A stretch of DNA of 64,000 nucleotides from Candidatus Latescibacterota bacterium (GTDB taxonomy: Bacteria > Latescibacterota > UBA2968), in contig OZ242320.1 in the NCBI GenBank assembly GCA_965208125.1, forward strand, positions 3,808,001 to 3,872,000, in the 5' to 3' direction. Within the stretch, counting starts at the first letter, position 1. The number at the start of each line of letters is the position of its first letter. Of the stretch, positions 34,679 to 45,247 are shown piece by piece. The position numbers were made by a program, and so were the translations under genes. Under the pieces are notes generated by a model that made no database searches, was not told where the DNA came from, and saw nothing but the letters and a program-made list of their open reading frames with translations.

Positions 34679-35674
34679 ATGGGCAGACCTTATGGCCTAT
34701 TGCGGGCAGGGTTCCCATTTTACAAGACTCTGGGTATGAGGCGGCTGACGAATTTTCCGATTGATATTGCCCTGGGCGAGGAAGGCTGTCTCTACATATT
34801 GTGTCGGAACAGAGATGCATCGACGATTAGAAAATACCATATTGATGACAAAGACTTGGGTACCGTTGGCCGTGGGCTTACGTGGGCGGTTTCAATTATT
34901 GCCGATAGCGAGGAGAATCTCTATGTCTCCGACGAGGCCGTGCATTGTATTTTGTCCTTTGACAAAGATGGCAAAGAGTTGGGGAAATGGGGTGAGCACG
35001 GCGATGGCGATGGACAACTGAACAGTCCGGCGGGTATCGCCTTCGATGCAGAAGAGAATATCTATGTTGCTGACAGCCTGAACCACAGAGTTCAGAAGTT
35101 TACCAAAGATGGTGAATGTATCTCAAAGTGGGGGAGGTTTGGCGATGGGGAGGGAGAGTTTAACATGCCCTGGGGGCTTACAGTGGATGAACTGGGCGAT
35201 GTTTATGTCGCAGATTGGCGGAATGATAGAATTCAGAAGTTCACTGGTGACGGGGAGTTTATCTTCGCGTTCGGGAAGTCGGGTGACGGAAATGGAGAGC
35301 TAAATAGGCCGACCGGTGTGGCCGTAGATGAGCATGGCGATATTTATGTTTCGGACTCGGGAAATGACCGGGTACAATTGTTCAATTCCGAGTCGAGGTA
35401 CGTGCAGAAATTTTTGGGGGATGCAACCCTGTCAACGGTCGCAATTGAATATATGATGACAAATGCCGGTCCAAATCGCCTGAGGGACATGGCAGACCTC
35501 GAGCCGCAAAAGTACTTTCGACGTCCGGGAGGGGTGGCTGTCAATGGAGATGGACTGATGTTTGTAGCGGACAATGGCTCCTATCGGGTGCAGGTCTATC
35601 AGAAGCAGGCCGTCCCGCTTACGGAAGAGCAATTTTCCGCGCCGAGACGTTCGCCTACACTTCACCAGGAATAG
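34679..35674 (+). CDS. NHL-repeat beta-propeller protein
   Basis: Repeated G.GDG.(L/F)N.P.G.A.D....YVAD..N.R.QKF units. Confidence 0.92.
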   Translation: MGRPYGLLRAGFPFYKTLGMRRLTNFPIDIALGEEGCLYILCRNRDASTIRKYHIDDKDLGTVGRGLTWAVSIIADSEENLYVSDEAVHCILSFDKDGKELGKWGEHGDGDGQLNSPAGIAFDAEENIYVADSLNHRVQKFTKDGECISKWGRFGDGEGEFNMPWGLTVDELGDVYVADWRNDRIQKFTGDGEFIFAFGKSGDGNGELNRPTGVAVDEHGDIYVSDSGNDRVQLFNSESRYVQKFLGDATLSTVAIEYMMTNAGPNRLRDMADLEPQKYFRRPGGVAVNGDGLMFVADNGSYRVQVYQKQAVPLTEEQFSAPRRSPTLHQE

Positions 35675-35695
35675 ACTGAACGCGTCGAATACGGA

Positions 35696-35726
35696 GGCCC
35701 TCAGTTTTCGCAGGGGGCCATTTTTT
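35696..35726 (+). terminator. Rho-independent terminator of the DUF1800-DUF1501-NHL operon
   Basis: ggccc...gggcc stem followed by atttttt. Confidence 0.55.
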
Positions 35727-35794
35727 ATAACTCGAATGGAATTCCTATGCACAGATATCTTGTGTGCATAGGAACCTGCCCGGCCCGTTATACG

Positions 35795-37762
35795 ATGAGC
35801 AATCCTTTACAGGCACACCATTTGTCGGCGAGAGAGCGAGAGTCATCGGTGCGCCCGGGCGCTATTGTCCTGGGGGTAGTGCTCACATTTTGCATCAACG
35901 GCTTCGACCCTGTCTCCCGTTACTTGATCCACTCTTCCTCATTCACACACAGCCAAATGCCCTTTGCCTTGCTGGTAGGGCTTCTGCTCCTGGGCTATCT
36001 CTACAATCCCCTCGTTCGAAGGCGGTTTCCCCGCCTCGCTTTGACGCGGCGGGATATGGCTGCCGTGCTCGCTATTGGGTTTCTCGGCACAACAGTACCC
36101 ACTCTGGCCCAGCGATTTGTAGCCGTGATTTCGGCTCCGGATTACTACGCTTCTCCCGAAAATGAATGGCCCACCTACACACTGCCCAACCTGCAGCGCT
36201 GGTTGTTCCCCAGCAATGCCGGAGATGGCGTTGGGATGTTCTATCGAGGGCTGGTTCCCGGTGCGCCTCTGCCCTGGGAGATATGGGTCGGTCCGCTTTT
36301 CTGGTGGTTTAGCCTGCTCATCGCGATCATGCTGGCCTGTTTTTGTCTCTCAGTCATTTTGCGAAAACAGTGGTCGGAAAGCGAGCGTCTGGCATTTCCC
36401 TTTGTCGAGCTTTCACTGATGCTGGTAGAGAATCCTGGTTCCGGACGGAACCTGCCCCAATTTTTTGGCCTGCCTCTTTTCTGGATCGGGTTTGCGATTC
36501 CGGCAATCATGCTTTTTTGGAATACAGCAGGCCACTTCTTTCCAGGCCTACCCACATTCGCATTTCTCAATATTAGAACACTGCTCCCCATCGGACGTGG
36601 ATTTATGCCTTTCTTTCTCCAGTTCGATTTCTACGTCATTTGTTTCGCCTATTTCACTACCCTGGAAATTCTCCTGTCGATGTGGTTTTTCCACATTTTG
36701 GGCATGTTGCAGGCAGGCATTTCCAACCGTATCGGGTTTGGTCCAAGAGGCTATGGTTCGGGGGTGATCTCTCAGAACAATTACGGCCTGATGGTTTTTG
36801 TGCTGTGGAGCCTCTGGATTGCACGCGGGCACATACGCAATGTCTGGCGCAAAGCAATTGGAAAAGGCCCCGAGGTAGATGATTCGACCGAATTGCTCTC
36901 CTATCGCACAGCATCCTTCGGTTTCATTCTTGCCAGCCTTTTCATTTTTTTTTGGCTCTGCAAAACCCAGATGAATCCGGGGGTGGCCGCGGCATTTATG
37001 TTTTTTAGCCTGATTCTCTATTTGGGGATGGCCAAGATCGTGGCGCTCAGCGGGTTGGTGTCTTTGCGGGGTTCGGGACCTACCGGACCCGTCAAAGGGT
37101 TGATCGGTATCTGGAATATGGATGATACGACGATTGCGGCTCTGAACCAGATGGGTACGCTTTACGGCAACGCAAAGGGATTTGCCATGCCAGGTGCAGC
37201 CAATGCCGCCAGGGCTGGCGATCACACCGATCCTCAAAGGCGCCGACTGGGCGGCGCAATTCTCATTGGCGGAATCCTCTCAATCCTCGCCTTTGTGATC
37301 ACCACCCTTATTTTGGGTTATTACGGGCCGGGAGCTGAGAATTTTGGAGACTACAGTTATACGCGAGGCAACCGGGCCTTTTTCAATTATACTGTTTCGG
37401 ATATCAAAGGGCGTCCAGATTCAGAACGGCAATGGTGGGACCTGGGCTTCGGAACCTTTGGAGCGGCGATGACCCTGCTGTTGATTTTTCTGAACCAGCG
37501 GTTTCCCTGGTGGCCTCTGCACCCGGTGGGATTTACAGTTTCTCTCCAGTATCCCACCCGCGCGTCCTTTTTTTCGGTATTTATCGCCTGGCTAATGAAA
37601 ATAATTGTGCTCAAAGTCGGCGGTATTGAGCTTTTTAACCGCTCTCGTGTTTTTATTTTTGGCGTCCTCATGGGCTATACGCTGGGTGTTCTGGTTTCTT
37701 TTGTTCTGGATATTTTCTTTTTTATGGGCCAGGGCCACCGCATGCACACACCGCCGCTGTAA
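35795..37762 (+). CDS. Large polytopic membrane protein (DUF6785/DUF6784-like, OPT-like putative transporter)
   Basis: Many TM segments, YYASPENEW, RKQWSESERLAFP, WWPLHPVG motifs; start uncertain (35795 or 35747). Confidence 0.7.
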   Translation: MSNPLQAHHLSARERESSVRPGAIVLGVVLTFCINGFDPVSRYLIHSSSFTHSQMPFALLVGLLLLGYLYNPLVRRRFPRLALTRRDMAAVLAIGFLGTTVPTLAQRFVAVISAPDYYASPENEWPTYTLPNLQRWLFPSNAGDGVGMFYRGLVPGAPLPWEIWVGPLFWWFSLLIAIMLACFCLSVILRKQWSESERLAFPFVELSLMLVENPGSGRNLPQFFGLPLFWIGFAIPAIMLFWNTAGHFFPGLPTFAFLNIRTLLPIGRGFMPFFLQFDFYVICFAYFTTLEILLSMWFFHILGMLQAGISNRIGFGPRGYGSGVISQNNYGLMVFVLWSLWIARGHIRNVWRKAIGKGPEVDDSTELLSYRTASFGFILASLFIFFWLCKTQMNPGVAAAFMFFSLILYLGMAKIVALSGLVSLRGSGPTGPVKGLIGIWNMDDTTIAALNQMGTLYGNAKGFAMPGAANAARAGDHTDPQRRRLGGAILIGGILSILAFVITTLILGYYGPGAENFGDYSYTRGNRAFFNYTVSDIKGRPDSERQWWDLGFGTFGAAMTLLLIFLNQRFPWWPLHPVGFTVSLQYPTRASFFSVFIAWLMKIIVLKVGGIELFNRSRVFIFGVLMGYTLGVLVSFVLDIFFFMGQGHRMHTPPL

Positions 37763-37770
37763 TAACAAGC

Positions 37771-38529
37771 CTATGTCGATCTTTGACCCAGTTTGACGCG
37801 GTCGTACGAATCGGAATCATTTCGGACAATATCGAGTAACTGATCAACATACGCGCGAATTTGGAACAGACGGCACGAGGCGTCCCCAACCTTGCCGGTC
37901 TCCAAATTGCCTGACTGATCCCAGACTTCACCGAGTCGAATCCGGTCGAGCCAGATGAGTTCGGCATCGGGGTCTTCTTTCAGTCGCTCATTCCAGAACA
38001 TCACTTCTACGACATGGATATACGTGGATGATTGGTAGTCAACGCCGAGCATCAGGATTTTGCCGTTTTGTTTGTAGGCACGGATCATGGGGGAATTTGT
38101 ACCATACGTCTTTCCCCAGGGGGAACGGTCCCAGGGAGATGCCATGCCTTCCCCTGATAAATGACCAGCAACAAAATTTTTGGCGCCTTGTCCGCGTGCT
38201 GCCACGGAGTGGGAATAGTGGTCGGATCTGTGTGTCCCTGACATCAATCTGAAATACTCGGTTAACCAGCCGACTGAGGAATCTGTTTTTTCAACGTCCC
38301 AGGACTCCGCCCTCTGCTCTCGATCACCAATCAGATTGAATGATGGCATCAGGAGTAAGCCATCGTCACCCAGTGCGTTTTCAAGCGCGGCGATTACTGT
38401 TCCCGCACCACCCTGGACCATACCCAGGCTCTTGAATGAGGAGTGGACGAAGAGAATATCGCCAACCCCGACACCAAGGGTCTTTAGATCGTCACAAAGC
38501 TGCATTGCGGTGTATCCTAAATCGGGCAT
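37771..38529 (-). CDS. AAC(3)/YokD family N-acetyltransferase
   Basis: LGVGVGDILFVHSS, LLMPSF, GWLTEYFR, RSDHYSHS, LGVDYQSSTYIHVVE. Confidence 0.88.
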   Translation of the reverse strand: MPDLGYTAMQLCDDLKTLGVGVGDILFVHSSFKSLGMVQGGAGTVIAALENALGDDGLLLMPSFNLIGDREQRAESWDVEKTDSSVGWLTEYFRLMSGTHRSDHYSHSVAARGQGAKNFVAGHLSGEGMASPWDRSPWGKTYGTNSPMIRAYKQNGKILMLGVDYQSSTYIHVVEVMFWNERLKEDPDAELIWLDRIRLGEVWDQSGNLETGKVGDASCRLFQIRAYVDQLLDIVRNDSDSYDRVKLGQRST

Positions 38530-38554
38530 GTTATTTGTCGTTCCTTCTTTGTAT

Positions 38555-38598
38555 AAAAAAAGCGGAGAAACCCAGTAGATTTCTCCGCTCTCTTTTTT
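38555..38598 (-). terminator. Rho-independent terminator after the ACIII-caa3 operon
   Basis: agcggagaaa...tttctccgct 10-bp stem with flanking A and T tracts. Confidence 0.75.
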
Positions 38599-38609
38599 GG
38601 TTCATCTCG

Positions 38610-38927
38610 TTACTGCAAATAGTGGCTCGCTGGCATGCCCAACCAGCCGCGACTGACGTAATCTGCCATTGCGAAGGCAAATAGGATCAGCAAGAACAGG
38701 ATACCTGCACCTGCGAGCAACCAGGTCAGTCGGCTGGCGTATTTGACGTGCATAAAAAACAGAATCACAATCGTGGCTTTTGTGCATGCGATGCCAAGTG
38801 CTACCACGTCGTTAAACATGCCCAATTCTTGATAAGCCACCCAAACCGTTAGCGCGGTTAAAAACATTAAGGAGGCAAATACCGCCAGATAAATGCGTAC
38901 AGTCGGGCCGTGGTGATCATCAGCCAT
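38610..38927 (-). CDS. ctaF: Cytochrome c oxidase subunit IV
   Basis: YLAVFASLMFLTALTV, KATIVILFFMHVKY; three TM helices; ATG 38927 overlaps the ctaE stop. Confidence 0.9.
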   Translation of the reverse strand: MADDHHGPTVRIYLAVFASLMFLTALTVWVAYQELGMFNDVVALGIACTKATIVILFFMHVKYASRLTWLLAGAGILFLLILFAFAMADYVSRGWLGMPASHYLQ

Positions 38928-39598
38928 CAGTGTCCTCCCTGTAAACCGAGAAGATAGAGCAGTGGAAATAGGAAAATCCAGACAATATCGACAAAGTGCC
39001 AATACAGACCAAATATTTCAATAGGGGCGTTGTATTCAGCCGTGTACGTCCCCTGTGCAGTTTTAACAAATACCCAGATCAACAGGCCAATGCCAATAAT
39101 CATATGCAGGGCATGCATCCCGGTCATTCCGAAATACAGAGAATAGAAGAGAGCCAGTTGGGGCGAGTTTTCACCGTGCGGATGCCATGCCAGACCGGGG
39201 ACCAAACCGTACTCGATTTTTGCGGAGTATTCAAAATATTTGACCACCAAAAAGGTAAGACCTAAGATTCCGGTCAGCGTCAGATAGACCAGTATCCCTC
39301 TCTTATTGCCTTCGTGCGACTTGTGTACGGCCATCGCCATTGTCAGGCTGCTGACAATCAATACTATGGTATTAAATGCTCCCAGAGGAATATCCAGGTG
39401 GCTACTGCCTTCAAAAAATGCCTCGGGATAATAGGATCGATAAATCAGATACGTCGCAAAAAAGCCTCCAAAAAACAGAATTTCCGTAATCAGAAAGCTC
39501 CACATGCCGATGACGGCGGATTCCTTCTGCTGCGGCATATCTTCGAACTGGTGGGCCAGTCCATGCGGGTGATCGTGATGTAATGCGTGATCGGCCAT
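38927..39598 (-). CDS. ctaE: Cytochrome c oxidase subunit III
   Basis: GMWSFLITEILFFGG, NTIVLIVSS, TGMHALH, GLYWHFVDIVWIFLFPLLY. Confidence 0.95.
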   Translation of the reverse strand: MADHALHHDHPHGLAHQFEDMPQQKESAVIGMWSFLITEILFFGGFFATYLIYRSYYPEAFFEGSSHLDIPLGAFNTIVLIVSSLTMAMAVHKSHEGNKRGILVYLTLTGILGLTFLVVKYFEYSAKIEYGLVPGLAWHPHGENSPQLALFYSLYFGMTGMHALHMIIGIGLLIWVFVKTAQGTYTAEYNAPIEIFGLYWHFVDIVWIFLFPLLYLLGLQGGH

Positions 39599-41229
39599 TA
39601 GTGCTCCTCAATTGGTCCGTACTCATAGGCTTCTTCTGTCACGAGAGGCGTTTCTTCAAAATTAAATGTGGGTGGTGGGGATGTCGTTTCCCACTCCAGG
39701 CCTTTGGCGCCCCAGGGGTTATCAGGTGCTTTTGGTCCCTTAAAAATTGACCATGTCAAATACGCGCCGGGGACCAGATATCCAAGGGCGAGAATTGACG
39801 CACCCATAGACGATGCCACATTCAAGACCTGAAATTCGTCGGGATAGACGTGATAACGCCTCGGCATGCCCATATACCCCAGAATGAACTGCGGGAAAAA
39901 CGTCAGATTAAAACCGAGAAATACCAGCAGGGCTGAAACGCGGCCCCAAATATCGGGAAACATTTTACCCGTAATTTTTGGCCACCAGAAGTGCATGCCC
40001 CCCATATATCCCATCACCTGACCGCCAACCATAATATAGTGGAAGTGCGCGACCACAAAATACGTGTCGTGCAGGTGAATATCCAGGCCCATACTCGACA
40101 AAAATAGCCCGGTCAAACCACCGACTAAAAACAAACCGAGATACCCATACACGTAAAACATTGAGGTATCATATACAATTGACCCCTTGTATAAGGTCGC
40201 TGTCCAGTTGAATGTTTTGATCGCAGAGGGTACTGCTACCAGAAATGTGATGATGGAGAACACCATGCCAGCATACGTCGATTGGCTGCTCACAAACATG
40301 TGGTGGCCCCATACCAGGAAGCCCAAAATTGCGATGGCCACACTTGAAAACGCGACAAATTCATATCCAAAGACGCGCTTGCGCGCAACAGAGGCCACCA
40401 TTTCGCTCATCACGCCCATTGAAGGCAAGATCATGATATAAACGGCTGGATGCGAATAGAACCAGAACAAATGCTGGAACAAAACGGGGTCGCCACCGAG
40501 GTTCGGATCGAAAAATCCAAATCCAAATCCGCGCTCGAGCATGAGCAGCACCAGCGTAATTGCGATAACGGGTGTGCCCAATAGCATAATCAAACTGGTG
40601 GCATAATGCGACCAGACAAACAGCGGCAGGCGGAACCAGGTCATCCCTGGCGCGCGCATGGTGTGGATCGTTACCACAAAGTTGAGGCCCGTCAGAATGG
40701 ACGAGAAACCCGCCATAAAAGCAGCCATAGCAGCCAGAATCACATTTGAGTTTGAATAGGTACTGCTATACGGCGTATAAAAAGTCCAGCCCGTATCAAC
40801 ACCGCCCCCAACCACGGCAATTGTTCCCAAAATTCCCGCGACGACATAAACATACCAGCTCAAAAGATTGACGCGCGGAAAAGCCAGGTCTTTTGCGCCA
40901 ACCATAATGGGAACTAAAAAGTTGCCAATGGTTGCGGGAATGGATGGCACCAAAAAGAAAAAGACCATAATGATGCCGTGCATTGAGAAAACTTTGTTAT
41001 AAGTATCCGAAGACATCAAATCGCCTTCGGGGGTCATCAGTTCAAAGCGAACCAGACTGGCAAATAACCCGCCCAGGGCGAAAAAGATGGAAATCGAAAT
41101 AATGTATAAAACGGCAATGCGCTTGTGGTCTCTGGTCAACAACCAGGACTTCAAGCCATAACCGTTATTCAGATAATTGACGCTCGGCGCATCTTCAGAA
41201 GCTTGAACATCTTGCTCGGTGATTGCCAT
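39598..41229 (-). CDS. ctaD: Heme-copper oxidase subunit I, type A2
   Basis: [22 protein letters not shown] (YS signature of A2), [24 protein letters not shown]. Confidence 0.97.
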   Translation of the reverse strand: MAITEQDVQASEDAPSVNYLNNGYGLKSWLLTRDHKRIAVLYIISISIFFALGGLFASLVRFELMTPEGDLMSSDTYNKVFSMHGIIMVFFFLVPSIPATIGNFLVPIMVGAKDLAFPRVNLLSWYVYVVAGILGTIAVVGGGVDTGWTFYTPYSSTYSNSNVILAAMAAFMAGFSSILTGLNFVVTIHTMRAPGMTWFRLPLFVWSHYATSLIMLLGTPVIAITLVLLMLERGFGFGFFDPNLGGDPVLFQHLFWFYSHPAVYIMILPSMGVMSEMVASVARKRVFGYEFVAFSSVAIAILGFLVWGHHMFVSSQSTYAGMVFSIITFLVAVPSAIKTFNWTATLYKGSIVYDTSMFYVYGYLGLFLVGGLTGLFLSSMGLDIHLHDTYFVVAHFHYIMVGGQVMGYMGGMHFWWPKITGKMFPDIWGRVSALLVFLGFNLTFFPQFILGYMGMPRRYHVYPDEFQVLNVASSMGASILALGYLVPGAYLTWSIFKGPKAPDNPWGAKGLEWETTSPPPTFNFEETPLVTEEAYEYGPIEEH

Positions 41230-41235
41230 GGCGCA

Positions 41236-42186
41236 TCACTCCATACTCGTGAGTTCGGGGGCTTTCAGCGATTTGATATAGGCGATTAACTGAATGATCC
41301 CTTCTTCGCTGATCTGACCTTTGAAAGTTGGCATAATGGGTTTGTATCCGGCCATGATCTTGGCGGAAGGGTTCAGAATTGATTCCCGAATATAGGCTTC
41401 GTCAACCAATGCAGTACCGCCGCCTTCCAGAGCCACTGTTTTGCCAAAAAGACCCGCCAGGGATGGTCCGCGTCCCGTCCCATCCATCTTGTGACAGGTA
41501 TGACAGGCGTATTGTTCAAATAATCTTTCTCCGGCTACTTCCATTGGCTCATTAGCAGTTCCGCCGGTTAACCAGGCTTCGTAATCTTGAGGTTCCAAGA
41601 CGTGTACTGTGCCAATCATACGGGAATGCTCGGTACCGCAAAATTCGGCGCAAAACAGATGATACGAACCGACCTGCGTCGCTTTAAACCACAGATTGGT
41701 ATATCGCCCGGGTACCACGTCTTTTTTTACGCGAAAAGCAGGGATATAAAAACTGTGCAGTACATCTTCCGATGTCATGGTCAGGCGCACCGATTCGCCC
41801 AGGGGTACGTGTAATTCGTTAATTTCCTTTTTGCCTTCTGGATGTTGCAATTTCCACATCCACTGTTTGCCCACTACATACATTTCCATGGCGTTTGGCG
41901 GGGGTGTAATGAGATGGAAATACAATACAGTTGCCCACACGAATACACCCAGTGCGAGCACCGCCGGAATGGCGGTCCAAAATATTTCGAGGCCGAGATG
42001 TCCCGCAATTTGTCGCGGCACTTCGTCGTCCGATTTGCGCTGATACTTAATGGCAAAAATAACTACCAGAATGACAACTACGAGCGCGAAAAACACGCAC
42101 AGTGCCAAAATGCCAAAATAAAGCGCATCAACGTGAAAGGCAAAACTCGAAGCTTGATCTGGAAAAAGAGGAAAATCAGTCTGCAT
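41236..42186 (-). CDS. ctaC: Cytochrome c oxidase subunit II with fused cytochrome c (caa3)
   Basis: KQWMW, DVLHSFYIP, CuA CAEFCGTEHSRM, C-terminal CHTCH...MP. Confidence 0.96.
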   Translation of the reverse strand: MQTDFPLFPDQASSFAFHVDALYFGILALCVFFALVVVILVVIFAIKYQRKSDDEVPRQIAGHLGLEIFWTAIPAVLALGVFVWATVLYFHLITPPPNAMEMYVVGKQWMWKLQHPEGKKEINELHVPLGESVRLTMTSEDVLHSFYIPAFRVKKDVVPGRYTNLWFKATQVGSYHLFCAEFCGTEHSRMIGTVHVLEPQDYEAWLTGGTANEPMEVAGERLFEQYACHTCHKMDGTGRGPSLAGLFGKTVALEGGGTALVDEAYIRESILNPSAKIMAGYKPIMPTFKGQISEEGIIQLIAYIKSLKAPELTSME

Positions 42187-42234
42187 GTGCCAACTCAGAA
42201 GTTAGAGGTCTGATGGACTTTTCTTGTTGAGGTG

Positions 42235-43038
42235 TTAATTCGCCTGTAATGGCGACCGCTCTCGGCGCACCATAATAAAAATAAATGCTATGATACAAAT
42301 TACAGTAATCACTCCGGCAACGCGAACCAACCGATAAATTGCCAGCGTATATTTGCCAGTCAACGGATTGTATTGAAAACAATATAGCAAAATCGCATCA
42401 ATCGGAGAACTGATCTGATCTTGTGCGGCTTCCAAAAGCCCCAGTTGCAAATCCCGCGGCGCAAATTCGACCCCAAATAGATACCGGGCGATCTTCCCAT
42501 TGGGTGTCAAAATTGCAATCCCGCTGGCGTGAACGTATTCGTCTGTTTCGGGGTCGTATATGTAGCGATATCCAATGGCCCTGGTCAATGCGTCTATTGA
42601 TGCCCTGTCTCCAGTGAGAAAATGCCATCCATTTTCTCCGCCTTCTCGACCATATCCATCGACGTAATTCACCTTTTTTGCCGCTGCTAATTCTGGATAT
42701 TCGTCGGGATCAATGCTAAATGTCACCACCACAAAATCTCGTCCGGCATTGAGAGAAACGGGCCGCAATCCCGACAACAAACCATTCAAAATTTGTGTAC
42801 ACAACATGGGGCATTCATAATATGCGGGCACTAAAATAATGGGGTGATCATCTAAATACTGCGCCAGCATAACATCTGTACCTGATTCATTGCGGAACTT
42901 CAAATTCACCGGCACAGAAGCGCCCAATTTCTGGTCAATCCCAACAGAATCCAGCACTGTGGGATTCGGCGTGAGGTCTTGTGACCACGCGACGCTGGTG
43001 AAGCACATCAGCGTGATACAAGCGAATAAGACGCGCAT
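42235..43038 (-). CDS. SCO1/SenC family copper chaperone
   Basis: YYECPMLC (CxxxC), FSIDP, WHFLTG, YVHASG. Confidence 0.9.
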   Translation of the reverse strand: MRVLFACITLMCFTSVAWSQDLTPNPTVLDSVGIDQKLGASVPVNLKFRNESGTDVMLAQYLDDHPIILVPAYYECPMLCTQILNGLLSGLRPVSLNAGRDFVVVTFSIDPDEYPELAAAKKVNYVDGYGREGGENGWHFLTGDRASIDALTRAIGYRYIYDPETDEYVHASGIAILTPNGKIARYLFGVEFAPRDLQLGLLEAAQDQISSPIDAILLYCFQYNPLTGKYTLAIYRLVRVAGVITVICIIAFIFIMVRRERSPLQAN

Positions 43039-43041
43039 GTT

Positions 43042-43419
43042 TTACTCTCGCACCGGGAACCCGCGTTCGAGAACCAGGTCTATTGCTCGCTCAATTGGAA
43101 GATGCACAACCCCGGCATCCCTATCTATCCAACCGTATTCGGTAAGCGTGCGATTGGTTTCGGCACGCACTTGCGTCAGTTCAGCAGAAGGTACGGTCTG
43201 GATCAGCGGTCCTTGATGGGGCTTTTGATGTGCAGCCATGGGCGGCGGATCATCTGTCATATAAATCACGGCTTGTTCCAGACCGAGAAACATGGCCCAC
43301 ATAGCGATAAAAGACAGAATGGCTACGGCTATGATTCCCGCAGTGGCAGCGATAACTGGGCCAATGTTGAGATGATAGTCTTCGTAGCCCTTTTCGCGGG
43401 CATTGTGTTTTTCTGCCAT
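43042..43419 (-). CDS. Small single-TM protein of the act cluster (ActG-like position)
   Basis: One TM helix, C-terminal YGWIDRDAGVVHLPIERAIDL; lies between actF and SCO. Confidence 0.65.
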   Translation of the reverse strand: MAEKHNAREKGYEDYHLNIGPVIAATAGIIAVAILSFIAMWAMFLGLEQAVIYMTDDPPPMAAHQKPHQGPLIQTVPSAELTQVRAETNRTLTEYGWIDRDAGVVHLPIERAIDLVLERGFPVRE

Positions 43420-43420
43420 A

Positions 43421-44614
43421 TCAGTGACTTTCTCCAGCAAAGGTTTCCGGCATGCGCGGATCGTGCAATGGGATAAGCGGCACACCTTTTAGCTGCATCG
43501 CAAAAAATCCCAACCACAAGCCGCCAATACTGACGAGGACCAGCGCATCCAGCAGAAAACCATACCATATACCATCAGAACCACCGTGTCCAAAAGCCGG
43601 TGTAATAAAATAATAAAGATCGACATAGCGCATAATCAACATAAAAATTGCGATAACCGTCATCAGTGCGGCGCGGCGTTTGATCGCCCGCTGCAATAGC
43701 AAAAAGAATGGCACGAAAAAGTGAAAAATAATCAGCGCAGTTCCCACATATTGCCAACCGCCATGCGATCGGCGGATGTACCAGGGGGCTTCTTCGGCCA
43801 GGTTACCAGACCACGTAATCAAAAACTGGGAAAAACTCACATAAGCCCATAGACATGTAAATGCAAACATCAGAGTGCCCAGGTCGCTCAAATATTTGAA
43901 TGCATCAACTTCTCGATAGACCTCGACATCCTTTAATTTGATCACCCACAAGATGCACAGTGCCATGGCGCCCAGTGCACCCCCCACCACAAAAATTAAG
44001 CCGTAGATCGTTGAAAACCAGTGCGGTTCTAAAGACATGACCCAATCGGTTGCCGCAAAGGTAACGGTCAAGATAAACATAGGAATCCCGGGACCACTCA
44101 GGTTAATCATCCGGCTTTTCAGACCCGGTTCGCCAGTTTCATCTTGCTCGCGCGACCATTTTGTCAGCAAAAACATCCAGAGCAACCACAGGGCAAAATA
44201 AACGACCGCGCGAATATAAAATCCGGTCTCATTCAGATACGGTTTTTTAAAGGTCAAAATTGGATCTTTGGCCACGACATCTGCATGCGTCCATTCGTAT
44301 AAATGGTACATACCCAGAAGCGCAATGGGAATAAAAAGGACAGCCATAAGCCACAGCGTGCGCGCGCCCGATTCCAATAACCGCCGAATGACAAATCCCC
44401 AACGTCCGCTGACCAGATGGTGCAACATCAACAACCCCAGACAGCCCAGAGAAATGACCAACCAGTAGATATAGCCAACGAGATACGATTGGAAAAATTG
44501 CTGAGAATCGGCAAAGGCACCAATAAATAAAAGCACTATACCACAGGCACCTGCCAGAAGGCCTCGTTGCTGTACTTTATCTACAAATGGATGGTCAAAG
44601 GATTTAGTAGCCAT
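43421..44614 (-). CDS. actF: Alternative complex III subunit ActF
   Basis: About 10 TM helices, LYEW, DWVMSLEPHWFSTIYG, LWAYVSFSQFLITWSGNL. Confidence 0.9.
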   Translation of the reverse strand: MATKSFDHPFVDKVQQRGLLAGACGIVLLFIGAFADSQQFFQSYLVGYIYWLVISLGCLGLLMLHHLVSGRWGFVIRRLLESGARTLWLMAVLFIPIALLGMYHLYEWTHADVVAKDPILTFKKPYLNETGFYIRAVVYFALWLLWMFLLTKWSREQDETGEPGLKSRMINLSGPGIPMFILTVTFAATDWVMSLEPHWFSTIYGLIFVVGGALGAMALCILWVIKLKDVEVYREVDAFKYLSDLGTLMFAFTCLWAYVSFSQFLITWSGNLAEEAPWYIRRSHGGWQYVGTALIIFHFFVPFFLLLQRAIKRRAALMTVIAIFMLIMRYVDLYYFITPAFGHGGSDGIWYGFLLDALVLVSIGGLWLGFFAMQLKGVPLIPLHDPRMPETFAGESH

Positions 44615-44620
44615 AATATC

Positions 44621-45247
44621 CTACTCATTTTCAAGCCGCTGACGCACATCGGCAGGGACATCGTCCAGTGTGGCGTTTTGGCTCAGTTGCAACGCCTGAA
44701 TATAGGCTATAATAGCCCATCGATCTCGCGGTTTGATACGCGATGCATAGCTATACATCGCGCCAAAACCATTGGTCATTACATCAAAAAAGTAACCTGG
44801 TGTCTCATTTTGTAGCCGTTCAATATGGTATGATGGGGGTTGCTTCATGCCGCGGCGTACCACCATGCCACGTCCATCACCTTCATAGCCATGGCAGGGG
44901 GAACAATAGATATTGTAGCGCTCTCTGCCGCGGAGAATCATATCGCGCGTAATGGGGAAAGGAAAAGTTTCCGCTGGTTGACCATCTACCATCCCGGTAT
45001 ATAAATGCGCGTCTATACGCAAATGCCCGCGTGCAACTGTGCCTTTTATCCATGGTCGAGAGGATCGATTATCCGCGAAAAAGGTATTTTTTTCCAGCGG
45101 TTCAAATCTCGACTGGTTATACATTTCTTGCCGCAAACGCTCGATATCTGTCGTGCCCTCACACCCTATTATCATAAAGAGAGCGAGCACCAGTCTCAGG
45201 GGATGGGCAATTTTTACCCAATTAGCTAATTTACGGTTCGACATCAT
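44621..45247 (-). CDS. actE: Alternative complex III monoheme cytochrome c lipoprotein ActE
   Basis: Lipobox IIG-C, MYNQ, GTVARG, YCSPCHG, GAM, DRWAIIAYI. Confidence 0.9.
   Translation of the reverse strand: MMSNRKLANWVKIAHPLRLVLALFMIIGCEGTTDIERLRQEMYNQSRFEPLEKNTFFADNRSSRPWIKGTVARGHLRIDAHLYTGMVDGQPAETFPFPITRDMILRGRERYNIYCSPCHGYEGDGRGMVVRRGMKQPPSYHIERLQNETPGYFFDVMTNGFGAMYSYASRIKPRDRWAIIAYIQALQLSQNATLDDVPADVRQRLENE

Noticed and set aside
37771-38529. Aminoglycoside resistance gene
   Set aside because: Family membership only; YokD-like homologs are widespread chromosomal enzymes and there is no mobile context here.
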